62,793 nucleotides of DNA from an uncultured PS1 clade bacterium (GCA_902608415.1 CACLNZ010000006.1:1-62793), one strand, 5' to 3'; shown: positions 19,530-29,312, numbered from the stretch's first letter. Notes: generated by a model not told the origin, from the sequence alone. A program made the numbers and translations.

Positions 19530-19931
19530 ATGACTGAATATCAAATTTTAAATATGTTTTGGATGCAGGCAATAAGCAATGCAATGTTTCAATTGGGAGT
19601 TTTTGTTCTTTTGTGGGCAGCATTAAGAGGGTCATTAAGAATTTATGATCAAGGAGCTAATTTATCTACAAAAATTATCAGTTCTTTATTTGGACTAGGT
19701 ATAGTGTATAGCGGATTACAGATTTCTGGGTTCTTTTCAATTAACTGGAGAAGCACTTCATATTCTCTAGGGCAATTGGAGAGTTTATCGCCGCACGCGC
19801 AAAGGTTTGTAGATTTTTTACCAATTTCCGAACCTCCTCAATTTTCTTTAATTCCTTGGGACCCAATAATGGGAGCTTGGTGGATAGTGGTTATTATCGC
19901 TCTTCTAGCACCAATTTGGGTAAAGAAATAA
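19530..19931 (+). CDS. Hypothetical small membrane protein (paralog A, about 3 TM)
   Basis: Strong SD AAGGAGG; hydrophobic helices; aligns with 19983..20393. Confidence 0.75.
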   Translation: MTEYQILNMFWMQAISNAMFQLGVFVLLWAALRGSLRIYDQGANLSTKIISSLFGLGIVYSGLQISGFFSINWRSTSYSLGQLESLSPHAQRFVDFLPISEPPQFSLIPWDPIMGAWWIVVIIALLAPIWVKK

Positions 19932-19982
19932 AAATAATAAAAATTATAAAAATTTATTCATTATTTAAGAAAGGAGAAAAAA

Positions 19983-20393
19983 ATGGAAGAATTTCAAATA
20001 TGGACTTTATGGGCCAGTAATAGAGCAGGTACAGCATTAGTATCAATAGGAATTATATTAGCTATTTGGTTATCATTAAGAATTGCGGCCGCAACAAGAG
20101 CTTCTGATGAGGCTAATGTTATTGCAAAAATTATATCAACTGCATTTGGTCTTATTGTTGTAGCATTTGCTTGGCAACAATATACATTTGGTGGGAATTT
20201 ATGGATTGTTACCGCAAGAGCAATTACAGATCTTAAAGAACAAAATGGATCAATATCAGAAGGTGCCCAGGCTTATCTAGAATATGTTGGAACTACTGAA
20301 GCTCTTACAACCCCAAGTCCTTTAGGTATAGCCTTTTTAGCAGTAGTTACGATAATAATTTTAACTCAAATTTGGTTACCCAAACAAAATTAA
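19983..20393 (+). CDS. Hypothetical small membrane protein (paralog B, about 3 TM)
   Basis: SD AAAGGAG; shares MxE[YF]QI, WxxLR, ANxxxKIISxxFGL, SxSxxAQ and IW with paralog A. Confidence 0.75.
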   Translation: MEEFQIWTLWASNRAGTALVSIGIILAIWLSLRIAAATRASDEANVIAKIISTAFGLIVVAFAWQQYTFGGNLWIVTARAITDLKEQNGSISEGAQAYLEYVGTTEALTTPSPLGIAFLAVVTIIILTQIWLPKQN

Positions 20394-20413
20394 TTAATTT
20401 TTTATATTTATGG

Positions 20414-20440
20414 AAAAAGCGCCAATTAGGCGCTTTTTTT
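20414..20440. terminator. Bidirectional intrinsic terminator
   Basis: AAAAAGCGCC-AATTA-GGCGCTTTTTTT between convergent genes. Confidence 0.85.
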
Positions 20441-21875
20441 ATTTAGGTTCTTTTCCATTTAGATAATCATGTAACGTCTCATGAAAATATCTAACTCTTG
20501 TCTCTTGGGCAGCAAGATAAGGCTCTTGATATCCTTTTGATCTTACTCCCCTTCTTAATCCGTCAGTTAGTTGCCAGTCTTGGTAAACAACATGATCCCA
20601 TAGATCTTCAACCCCTTTACCGTCGTCATAATCTCGAAAATCTAATTCAACTTCTTGAAGTTTAACTGGATTGACTTTAGTGCGACTAAGAAATTCTTGA
20701 TCATTAGCCTCATCTTTTTTACCTATGCCTGCAGAAGTTGAGGTAAATGCTTGATCGTTTTCTCTACCTGTTTTACCTATACCTTTTGCTGATCCACCAA
20801 TTGGATATCCCATATCCCAAAGATCAAAAAAGCATTTTTCTGGATCAGTTGGATGCGGAAACCAGTTTAAAAGAATACAACCATCTGCTTGTACACCCAT
20901 AGCAATATTTGGGAAAACGAATTGAAAAGGGCTTTCTGTTAATTCTTCATCAGATAGGTGCTCGTAATGATGGTAACCTTTTTCTTTATATAATTTTCTT
21001 TTTGCTTTTTTTAAATCTGTCCAACCTTTCTCTGATAATGTTTCATAATCAGGATACTGATTCACATCAACTCCCCAACTTTCAAGTATCATTTTGAACG
21101 GATGATCTTCATTTTCGTTTACTTTATCACGTAATGATGGACGGCCCATCTGAATTATTCTTGCATGACCTTTTGGAAACATTTCATATCTTGAAGTAAA
21201 ATGATCTTGGTCAATTACAGAAGGTACCTGAGGATGTACAAATCGGGTATGATATGACTCATTAAAATTATCACAAAAGAATTTCCAATTAACATCCAAC
21301 TCAACTCTAACCCATTGGGCTCTAATTTGGTCTTTAAAATTGTGATTTTTATATATCTCAGGAATTGGATCTAAATAATCCATAAGATCAGGAGCTTCAT
21401 CACTCATAGTGTAAAAAATGAAACCATCCCATGTATCAACCCTAACTTCGACTAACTTTCTTTTACCTACAGGACTCCCTTGAGGAAAATCATCTTCATC
21501 AGGAACACTTATAACATCGCCATTTAACCCAAATTGCCAATCATGATAAGGGCAGCGAAAAGATTCTTGAGAGCTATCGCATTCAACTAGCCTTTGACCT
21601 CTATGTGCACAACTATTGTAGAAACCCCTTATAGATCCATCTTTTTGTCTTACAATGATAATAGACTCTTTAACTAAATCATGAACAATATAATCACCCG
21701 GTTCTTCAATTTGAATCTCTCTACCAGCTATCAACCATACCTTTGTCCACATATGGTTCCATTCTTTATCCATAAAATCTTTGCAAAAGTAACGATCATT
21801 ACTTATTGAGTCGCCCCTTAATTCATTTGGATTTTTACCGTCTAGTGCTGACGAATGTTTGATTGCTTTGTCCAT
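20439..21875 (-). CDS. Rieske non-heme iron oxygenase alpha subunit (#3)
   Basis: CAH...CPYH; DNFNESYHTRFVH; YQD; QETRVRYFH. Confidence 0.9.
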   Translation of the reverse strand: MDKAIKHSSALDGKNPNELRGDSISNDRYFCKDFMDKEWNHMWTKVWLIAGREIQIEEPGDYIVHDLVKESIIIVRQKDGSIRGFYNSCAHRGQRLVECDSSQESFRCPYHDWQFGLNGDVISVPDEDDFPQGSPVGKRKLVEVRVDTWDGFIFYTMSDEAPDLMDYLDPIPEIYKNHNFKDQIRAQWVRVELDVNWKFFCDNFNESYHTRFVHPQVPSVIDQDHFTSRYEMFPKGHARIIQMGRPSLRDKVNENEDHPFKMILESWGVDVNQYPDYETLSEKGWTDLKKAKRKLYKEKGYHHYEHLSDEELTESPFQFVFPNIAMGVQADGCILLNWFPHPTDPEKCFFDLWDMGYPIGGSAKGIGKTGRENDQAFTSTSAGIGKKDEANDQEFLSRTKVNPVKLQEVELDFRDYDDGKGVEDLWDHVVYQDWQLTDGLRRGVRSKGYQEPYLAAQETRVRYFHETLHDYLNGKEPK

Positions 21876-21943
21876 TTTTCCCCCAAGAAAAATTATCTAT
21901 TAATTGATAATAATATTATTTGACTAGAAAAAAACAAATTTTG

Positions 21944-23260
21944 CTATCGATTTATATATCTATCAATAAAATTATGAAATTGTTGGACACGATTTTCTTG
22001 TCCCGATAAATACGCCCCTTCAAAACCACTTGAATGGAAGCCAAGCTGTTGGGCGCTAGCCCTTTCTAGGTCTTGATCAGCTACATCGCTGAGAGTTTCT
22101 TCACCAAAAATGACAACTCTTTTTTCTACCTCTTCCCAGGGAACCATATCTTCAGGGGATGCAACAAGATCGGAATCATTAGATTTTAATGCAAAACCCC
22201 AATGATCAAATATAGATTTATTTGGATCATCAGGATGTGGTTCTGTTCTCTGTAAAGAAACAACATTTGCCGTATATGTAATTGATGTCCCCGGAAAAAT
22301 ATTGAAATGAAACGCATCTGTTAACCATGCGTCAGGTAAATTCTCAAAATGATTGAAGCCTCTTTCTTTTCCAAGCTTCTTTTTTTGATTTTGTAAACTT
22401 TCTCTTACTAAATGAGCTTTTTTATCATAATCTTCAGGATTTAAATTCCAATAAGTTAGTTCAGCTTCTAACTTTTCATTCATCTCAAAAGCTTTAGGGC
22501 TTCTAAGTGAAGGAAGAGATCCCTTCATTTTCATTAAGTTATGACCTGTTTCATAGAGTTCAAAGTCAGTATTTTTGTAGTCATCATCATAATAATCACT
22601 AATTTGAGGGTGAGTCGCAGGTAGATGATAAGATTCACAGAAATTATCTCTTAATGCTTTCCAATTAAAAGGAACCTCACAAACTTTATAATACACTCTT
22701 TTTAGACCCTCATTATCATACATATCTAAATATTTAGTTACTTCACCAAGAAAACCCTTTAGAGGAAAACAATTTTTATCCATATTATACCATATAAAAC
22801 CTGCATATTCTTCACATGGTATCTCAGAAAGCTTTAGTTTTCCGCATGGGTTGCCCTGCGGAAAATCATCATCATCTTGAGCATAAATTAATTCACCTTC
22901 ATAATTAAATTTCCATCCATGATATGTACATCTAAAATCACTAACAAAACCTGCATCAACATGAACAAGTCTGTTTCCTCTGTGTGGACAGACATTATGA
23001 AAAGCTTTTACTTTATTGTATTTATTTCTAACAAGTAAAATTGACTCTCTTCCAATATTATGAGTTACAAAATCCCCTTCTTTTTCGAGTTCTCTTCCCC
23101 AACAACCAATATTCCATACTTTTGACCATAATTTAGATAGTTCCTTTTCCATAAAATCTTTTGAAGTATACCTACCACCTGTAATTTTTACTTCTTCATT
23201 ATAGATTTTATTAGCTGAACCGCTTACACTTGCATGTCTTTGTTTTTCTTTATCTTCCAC
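21944..23260 (-). CDS. Rieske non-heme iron oxygenase alpha subunit (#4)
   Basis: CPH...CTYH; DNFCESYHLPATH; DQD; QENRVQQFH; GTG start with GAGG SD. Confidence 0.9.
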   Translation of the reverse strand: MEDKEKQRHASVSGSANKIYNEEVKITGGRYTSKDFMEKELSKLWSKVWNIGCWGRELEKEGDFVTHNIGRESILLVRNKYNKVKAFHNVCPHRGNRLVHVDAGFVSDFRCTYHGWKFNYEGELIYAQDDDDFPQGNPCGKLKLSEIPCEEYAGFIWYNMDKNCFPLKGFLGEVTKYLDMYDNEGLKRVYYKVCEVPFNWKALRDNFCESYHLPATHPQISDYYDDDYKNTDFELYETGHNLMKMKGSLPSLRSPKAFEMNEKLEAELTYWNLNPEDYDKKAHLVRESLQNQKKKLGKERGFNHFENLPDAWLTDAFHFNIFPGTSITYTANVVSLQRTEPHPDDPNKSIFDHWGFALKSNDSDLVASPEDMVPWEEVEKRVVIFGEETLSDVADQDLERASAQQLGFHSSGFEGAYLSGQENRVQQFHNFIDRYINR

Positions 23261-23310
23261 AATATCCTCTGTAATTTATTTTTTATTACTTATATTTTAA
23301 ATAATATGTA

Positions 23311-23338
23311 TTGATATAAACAATATTAGCAATATACT
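23311..23338 (+). promoter_or_regulatory. Candidate sigma70 promoter TTGATA-N16-TATACT for the TBDR
   Basis: Hexamers at 23311-23316 and 23333-23338 in a divergent intergenic region. Confidence 0.4.
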
Positions 23339-23391
23339 ACTTTATCAGTAATAAGTAAATTGTGTGAAAATCATTCTTTGGGGAGGGTCAT

Positions 23392-25848
23392 ATGAAAGTT
23401 TTTAATTCTTTATTATTTTCATTTATTTTAGTTTTTAGTTTCAATGTTTTACATGCTCAAGAAGAGTCGGTAGCTAATTTATCAAGCAGTATTGAAGAAA
23501 TAGTTGTTACTGCAAGAGCAACAGATGAATCTATAAGAGATATTCCTGTATCAATTACAGCATATGATGAGGAAGCTCTTGAAACATTTGGAATTAAAGA
23601 TCTCCAAGATTTAGCAGCTTCATCTGCATCACTTGAAATTGGTCAAATAAATAGCGGAAGCGGTTTCCAAATAGCAGTAAGGGGTATTTCTTCTAGTCCT
23701 GGAAGTATTGGAATTGAGCAATCAGTAGCACTAATGATCGATGGTGTTTATTATCCCCAAGGTAGAACTATCCATGAAGGATTATTTGATGCTAGCCAGG
23801 TGGCTATTTTAAAAGGCCCCCAAGCATTATATTTTGGTAAAAATGCTACTGCTGGAGCTATAGTTATTACAACTAATGATCCTGGAGAAGAAACTGAGTG
23901 GTCAGCAAAAATATCTAATGAATTTGAATATAAAAATAAATCTGCAGAGTTAGTTTTTTCAACTCCTATAAGTGATAATTGGGGAGTAAGACTCGCTTTG
24001 AAAAGTTCAAAAATGGATGAAGGATGGATTATTAATGACGCAGGCGAAACTAGTTATAATACACTTGATGTAGGTAATGGTTTTGCTGCATCTTCATACC
24101 CCAATGATAAAGCATATGATTTTGCTCCACAAACGGAAAATACATTTGCAAGAATAACTTTAAAAGGTCAGCTTGCAGACAATATTACATTAAAAGTAAA
24201 AGCATCTACTGCGGAAACGGAAAATACTTCTCTTGCTCTACATGAAAATTTTGAATGTCTTACTTTAAATGGAGTATCGCATGTTAATTCAGGAGTTGGA
24301 CCAGGTGGTATTCAAGCACCACTTCCTAACCCTAATGATATAACCGCTTGTAATAAAGATGGTAGGCGTGGATCTAATCCTATTCCTAAAGCCGTTGCTG
24401 ATGTTACACCTCTTGAAGGACAGTTTGGAGGGGCTCTTGGAGAAGTTTATGAGTCTAATATTGTAACTGCGAGTCTTGATATTGAATTAGATAATTATGA
24501 TATATTAACTGTAGCTAATATTGCTGAACAAGAGGTCGGTTGGGTCATTGACTGTGATGGAACCGCATTTACAAGTTGTTTTGCAGGTGAAGGCAACAGT
24601 TATGAAAATATAGCCATTGAGTCTAAAATTGTATCAAAAAATTCTGGTAATTTTAATTGGGCTTTTGGTGTCTATTATCAGGAATGGGAATTAAATTTTG
24701 CTCAAGAAGTTACTTTTGCTAATTTAGAAGATTCATCAGCACCAGACATTTATCGTTATCTAGCTTATAACAAGATTTCTCAAACTGAGGGTGAAGCTAT
24801 ATCAGTTTATGGTGAAGCTATTTGGGATATAAATGATAATTTACAATTAACTGCTGGAGGTAGGTTTATTAAGGAGGAAAAAGATTCATATTTTACCCAA
24901 CCTTATGCAAATGCTGCAGTTCTAGGGTTGTTTAATTTAGGTAGATTTATTGAAGTTGAAACTGATCTTGATGATTTTGTTCCTGAAGTAACACTTCGGT
25001 ATCAACCAAATGATAATACAACTTATTATGTTGCTTATAAAGAAGGTTGGAAGTCTGGAGGCTTTGATAATGGTACAATTGATAGCACATTAAATATAGA
25101 TCCATATAAAGATATTCAATATGACCCAGAAACAGTTAAAGGTTTTGAATTTGGTGTTAAGACTCTGTTATTTGATGGAGCTATGAAACTTGATCTTGAT
25201 CTATACACTTATGAATATGATGATTTACAGCTTAACTATTTTAATGCCGCTATATTTGCTTATAGAACTCTTAATGCGCCAGAATCAGAATCAAAAGGTT
25301 TCGATTTAGCGCTTACATACTACCCTCCTTTGATAGAGGGTTTACTGTTAAATGCATCTATCTCATATAATGAGGCTGCTTATAAGAAATTTAATGGTCC
25401 TTGTTATAGCGGACAAAAGCCATCTGAAGGTTGTAATATTGGAACAGGACCATTGAAAGATCAAAATCTCGATGGCAATCAAATGGCTCTAGCACCTGAA
25501 CTAAGGATTAATTATGGGTTTAATTTTTCTACCCCTATAGGAAATGGTTTAGATCTTGGAATTAATCTTAATGCAAAATTTTCTGATGATTATCCTTTAA
25601 CTGCATGGATTAATGCTAAACAAGAATCTTATACTACAGTTGATTCATCTGTATTCATAAATTCTGATAATGGCTGGTCTGTTGGCTTAATAGGAAGAAA
25701 CCTAAGTGATGAATATATTCAAACAATTTCTGCAGAAACTCCATCAACCGGTGGTAATACAGGCACAGAATTTGGTTTCCCTGCCGATAGATATGCTTAT
25801 GTTAAACCGGGTAGAACACTTATGCTTGAGATATCTTATAAAAGATAA
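23392..25848 (+). CDS. TonB-dependent receptor
   Basis: Signal peptide, TonB box EEIVVTAR, plug motif ILKGPQALYFGKNATAGAI, barrel motifs EGWKSGGF and PETVKGFEFGVK. Confidence 0.92.
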   Translation: MKVFNSLLFSFILVFSFNVLHAQEESVANLSSSIEEIVVTARATDESIRDIPVSITAYDEEALETFGIKDLQDLAASSASLEIGQINSGSGFQIAVRGISSSPGSIGIEQSVALMIDGVYYPQGRTIHEGLFDASQVAILKGPQALYFGKNATAGAIVITTNDPGEETEWSAKISNEFEYKNKSAELVFSTPISDNWGVRLALKSSKMDEGWIINDAGETSYNTLDVGNGFAASSYPNDKAYDFAPQTENTFARITLKGQLADNITLKVKASTAETENTSLALHENFECLTLNGVSHVNSGVGPGGIQAPLPNPNDITACNKDGRRGSNPIPKAVADVTPLEGQFGGALGEVYESNIVTASLDIELDNYDILTVANIAEQEVGWVIDCDGTAFTSCFAGEGNSYENIAIESKIVSKNSGNFNWAFGVYYQEWELNFAQEVTFANLEDSSAPDIYRYLAYNKISQTEGEAISVYGEAIWDINDNLQLTAGGRFIKEEKDSYFTQPYANAAVLGLFNLGRFIEVETDLDDFVPEVTLRYQPNDNTTYYVAYKEGWKSGGFDNGTIDSTLNIDPYKDIQYDPETVKGFEFGVKTLLFDGAMKLDLDLYTYEYDDLQLNYFNAAIFAYRTLNAPESESKGFDLALTYYPPLIEGLLLNASISYNEAAYKKFNGPCYSGQKPSEGCNIGTGPLKDQNLDGNQMALAPELRINYGFNFSTPIGNGLDLGINLNAKFSDDYPLTAWINAKQESYTTVDSSVFINSDNGWSVGLIGRNLSDEYIQTISAETPSTGGNTGTEFGFPADRYAYVKPGRTLMLEISYKR

Positions 25849-25865
25849 TTAGAATATTAATAAAT

Positions 25866-25899
25866 AAGCCCTAAATTTTAATTGATTTGGGGCTTTTTT
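25866..25899. terminator. Intrinsic terminator after the TBDR (between convergent genes)
   Basis: AAGCCCTAAAT-loop-ATTTGGGGCTT followed by a T run. Confidence 0.7.
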
Positions 25900-26311
25900 A
25901 TGTAGTATGTAAAATTGAAAAAGTCCTTTTTTGGAAATACCAACGGCCATCAAGTTTAATAAATTCATCATGATATTGTCCGTGAGTTTGTGATTTAATG
26001 TTTTCTTTATCTGTACCTACTTCGATTGTATATGTTGTTCCTTTGGCATTATTTCCGTCAATTGTTAAAGATCCAAGCAGAGCTACAAATACTATGTATT
26101 CATAATTACTCATGGCTTCTTCCCATTTTTTTACAATTTGATCTCTACCTTCAACTTTTTCAAGACCAGGAAAGTTTGGAACACTCCAAATTGCATCTTC
26201 AGACCATGTATTACCCCAATCTTTTGAATCATTTCTGCTAACTGCGTCTCCATATGACATTACCAATTCATGAAGAGCTAGTTTATCTTCTGTATTTCCA
26301 ACAAAGCTCAT
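25898..26311 (-). CDS. SnoaL-like / NTF2 family protein (paralog of 14354..14752)
   Basis: EDKLALHELVMSYGDAV...WGNTWSEDAIW...GQYHDEFIKLDGRWYFQKR. Confidence 0.8.
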   Translation of the reverse strand: MSFVGNTEDKLALHELVMSYGDAVSRNDSKDWGNTWSEDAIWSVPNFPGLEKVEGRDQIVKKWEEAMSNYEYIVFVALLGSLTIDGNNAKGTTYTIEVGTDKENIKSQTHGQYHDEFIKLDGRWYFQKRTFSILHTT

Positions 26312-26413
26312 ATTATCTCCTATTATTTATTTAAATTTTTTATTTTAATACTATAAGATATATGTGTGTAAATTCATAAAAGTTTTAAAAAAGATTAAAA
26401 ATATAAAGTATTA

Positions 26414-27490
26414 ATGTTTTCTATATTTAGTAAAATAAGTTTTGTTGTGTTCCTGTTAACATTTTTAAATATATTAACAGCAAAAGAAATTGTAATTTAC
26501 CCTATAGTTGAAACTGAGAGTGTTTTTACAAAAGGTGATGCAGCAGATGATCCAGCTTTTTGGTTTAATGAAAATGATCCTTCACAAAGTAAAATTTTTG
26601 GAACTGATAAAAAGGCTGGTTTGCATTCCTTTTCTTTAACTGGAAAAAGAATTCAATATTTACCATCAGGTAAAGTTAATAATATTGACATAAGAAGTGG
26701 TTATAATTTTGGAGCAAAAAAATTCTCTTTACTAGCCGCCTCAAATGCAAGTGACAATTCTATTCCTGTGTATCTAGTCGATGAAAATGGAATCATTGAT
26801 AACTTAAAAAATATAATAGTTACTGATTTGGATAGCGTTTATGGCTTATGCATGTACAAAAGTACAAAATCAAATGCAACTTTTATTTTTGTAAGTGATG
26901 TAAATACATCATCAATTTATCAATATCGAATTCTAGATGTTTTTCCAATAAAAGTTCAAATGGTTAGACAGATTAATCTTAATTCTACTTCAGAGGGATG
27001 TGTTGCTGATGATGAAACAGGTTTTTTATATTTTGCTCAAGAAGATGATAAATCAGGAGTTTACTTTATTGATGCTGAACCTAATGGAGTAGAAATTCAA
27101 ATAATAGATAGAACTGTGCAATACGGAGGAAATATAAATGGCGATACTGAGGGACTGGCAATTTTAAAACATGAAAAAATGAAACTGTTAATTGCCTCAT
27201 CTCAAGGTTCAAGTGATTTTGTAGTTTATAACCTTGATAAAAATAACCAATTTTTAGGAAGAATTTCTATAAAGAAATCAAAAAAAATTGATGGAGTATC
27301 AAGAACAGATGGTATAGAAATTTTTAGAGGAAAAATTAATGATAATTTTAATTCAGGAATTTTTATTGCTCAAGATGATATGAATATGGAAATATATGAC
27401 CTTAACAACACTCCTTTACAAGCCAAGCAAGTAAACCAAAATTTTAAACTCATGAATCTAGATTTAATTATTGAAAAATTTATTGATTAA
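26414..27490 (+). CDS. Beta-propeller phytase (3-phytase), secreted
   Basis: DAADDPAFW, GTDKKAGL, NNIDIR, YGLCMY, EGCVADD, DTEGL, SSQG, TDGIE, NQNFK. Confidence 0.9.
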   Translation: MFSIFSKISFVVFLLTFLNILTAKEIVIYPIVETESVFTKGDAADDPAFWFNENDPSQSKIFGTDKKAGLHSFSLTGKRIQYLPSGKVNNIDIRSGYNFGAKKFSLLAASNASDNSIPVYLVDENGIIDNLKNIIVTDLDSVYGLCMYKSTKSNATFIFVSDVNTSSIYQYRILDVFPIKVQMVRQINLNSTSEGCVADDETGFLYFAQEDDKSGVYFIDAEPNGVEIQIIDRTVQYGGNINGDTEGLAILKHEKMKLLIASSQGSSDFVVYNLDKNNQFLGRISIKKSKKIDGVSRTDGIEIFRGKINDNFNSGIFIAQDDMNMEIYDLNNTPLQAKQVNQNFKLMNLDLIIEKFID

Positions 27491-27897
27491 TGTTTTGGAG
27501 TTTCCATTAATTCAATTAAAACACCATCACTGTCTTTTGGGTGAATAAAAATAATAGGGGTCCCATGTGCACCAATTCTTGGTTCATTTAAAACTGTAGC
27601 CCCTTTTTCCTCCATTTCAATTTTTGCTTTATGAATATCTTTAACCTCGAAACAAATATGATGTTGTCCTCCTTTAGGGTTTTTATCTAGAAAACTTTGA
27701 ATTGGAGAGCCATCCCCTAAAGGTTCAATCAGCTCGATTTGACTATTTGGAAGATTAACAAAACAAAACTTTACACCTTGGTCGGTCATTTCACCAATTT
27801 CTGTAATATCAGTTGCGTTATATAAATTTTTATATGTTTCAATAGCTTTTTCTATTGACGGCACCGCAACGCCAACATGATTTAATGGTCCTATCAT
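27487..27897 (-). CDS. mce: Methylmalonyl-CoA epimerase
   Basis: LNHVGVAVP, IELIEPLG, GGQHHICFEV, IGAHG.P..FIHPKD..GVLIEL. Confidence 0.9.
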   Translation of the reverse strand: MIGPLNHVGVAVPSIEKAIETYKNLYNATDITEIGEMTDQGVKFCFVNLPNSQIELIEPLGDGSPIQSFLDKNPKGGQHHICFEVKDIHKAKIEMEEKGATVLNEPRIGAHGTPIIFIHPKDSDGVLIELMETPKH

Positions 27898-28006
27898 TTT
27901 AAATCCCCTATAAATTATTTGTAAAAATCTTTTTTTTCATTAATCTTTCAATCAGATTAACAAAATTACATTATAAAAGAAATATTATCAAAGAAGGATT
28001 AAAATT

Positions 28007-28618
28007 ATGCTCAAAGTTCATTTTGCTCCAAATTCTAGAGCCGGCAGAATTATATGGTTGTTAGAGGAATTATCTCTTCCTTATGAGGTTAATAATATGG
28101 CGTTTCATCCAAGTGACTTAAAATCAGATGAACATAGAAAAAGACATCCTCTAGGAAGAATTCCAGTTCTTGATGATGGTGATATTAGAATTTATGAGTC
28201 TGGTGCAATAGTAGAGTATGTTCTGGAAAGGCATAAAAATGGAGGATTAAAACCTTCTACTGATGATAGAAATTATCCTGATTTTTTACAATGGTTTCAT
28301 TATTGCGAAGGTATGGTAATGCCTCCTATTAATACTATTGTTGTTCAGACCATTCTTCTTCCTCCTGAAAGGAGAGATGAAACTGCATTAGGACAAGCAC
28401 AAAGATTGCTAACAAAATCAATAGCTCCTGTTGACGAGGCTCTTGAAGGAAAAGAATATTTAATTGGAAATTTTTCTGCGGCAGATATTATGCTTGGTCA
28501 TGCATGTTTTATGAGTAATAGAATGGGTTGCGTTCCCGATGAAATGAGTAATCTTAAAAAATATGTTGAAAATATCACGAATAGACCAGCTTTTAAAATA
28601 GCTATTGAAATGCAATAG
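28007..28618 (+). CDS. Glutathione S-transferase family protein
   Basis: SRAGRIIWLLEEL, HPLGRIPVL, ESGAIVEY, FSAADIM. Confidence 0.9.
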   Translation: MLKVHFAPNSRAGRIIWLLEELSLPYEVNNMAFHPSDLKSDEHRKRHPLGRIPVLDDGDIRIYESGAIVEYVLERHKNGGLKPSTDDRNYPDFLQWFHYCEGMVMPPINTIVVQTILLPPERRDETALGQAQRLLTKSIAPVDEALEGKEYLIGNFSAADIMLGHACFMSNRMGCVPDEMSNLKKYVENITNRPAFKIAIEMQ

Positions 28619-28631
28619 AAGCCATCTTCTG

Positions 28632-29312
28632 ATGATGAATTTTTGGACAGTTAAAGTAATAAGATTTGTTACAATTTTCTTTGTTATTGCAGTTATTGTT
28701 GCTTCTTATTTTTATCCAGGTGGTAATATTCATGATACTGCTCAATTGGGGTATTCATTTACCCATAATTTTTTAAGTGATTTAGGTGGATTAGAATCTC
28801 ATTCAGGTGAAGATAATATTATATCCTCAATTTTTTTTAATTTATCAATGTTACTTTTTTTCTTTATCGGTATTTCCTTCTTGTTTGTTCCTATTTTATT
28901 TAAGGAAAACAAGATTACATTTATTTTAGCAATTATTGGTTCTTTGTTTTTCTTTATCGGATCAATATTCTTTGCGGGCGTAGGATTTACTCCTTATGAT
29001 GTTTTTTTTGATCTTCATGTATTTTTTGCCCTTAATTCTTTTGGACTTATGGTGCCAGCATCTTTTTTATATTTAATAGTTTTTCTTAGAAGTTCCCTTA
29101 GTAAAAAATATATCACTGTAATAGCCTTATTTTTAGTTTTTGTTACAGCTTATGTTATTTACTTAAATTTTGGTGAAAGCCCTTTGTTAAATAAGAATGC
29201 CATGATTACTTCAGCTATCATTCAAAAACTAATAGCCTTTTTGTCTATTGCCTCGATATTTTCTCTTACTTTTGGTTTTTCTAAAATAGAAAGAGAGTTA
29301 AGCAAGATTTAA
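28632..29312 (+). CDS. Hypothetical multi-pass membrane protein (DUF998-like)
   Basis: YPGG, YSFTHNFLSDLG and about 6 TM segments; start set to ATG 28632. Confidence 0.6.
   Translation: MMNFWTVKVIRFVTIFFVIAVIVASYFYPGGNIHDTAQLGYSFTHNFLSDLGGLESHSGEDNIISSIFFNLSMLLFFFIGISFLFVPILFKENKITFILAIIGSLFFFIGSIFFAGVGFTPYDVFFDLHVFFALNSFGLMVPASFLYLIVFLRSSLSKKYITVIALFLVFVTAYVIYLNFGESPLLNKNAMITSAIIQKLIAFLSIASIFSLTFGFSKIERELSKI

Noticed and set aside
21876-21943. Fur-like TGATAATAATATTAT between Rieske #4 and #3
   Set aside because: Nearly pure A/T with poor 7-1-7 symmetry; likely chance
26373-26399. Possible Pho box (11-bp periodic TTCAT/TTTAA/TTAAA) upstream of phytase
   Set aside because: Too degenerate to distinguish from AT-rich background by eye
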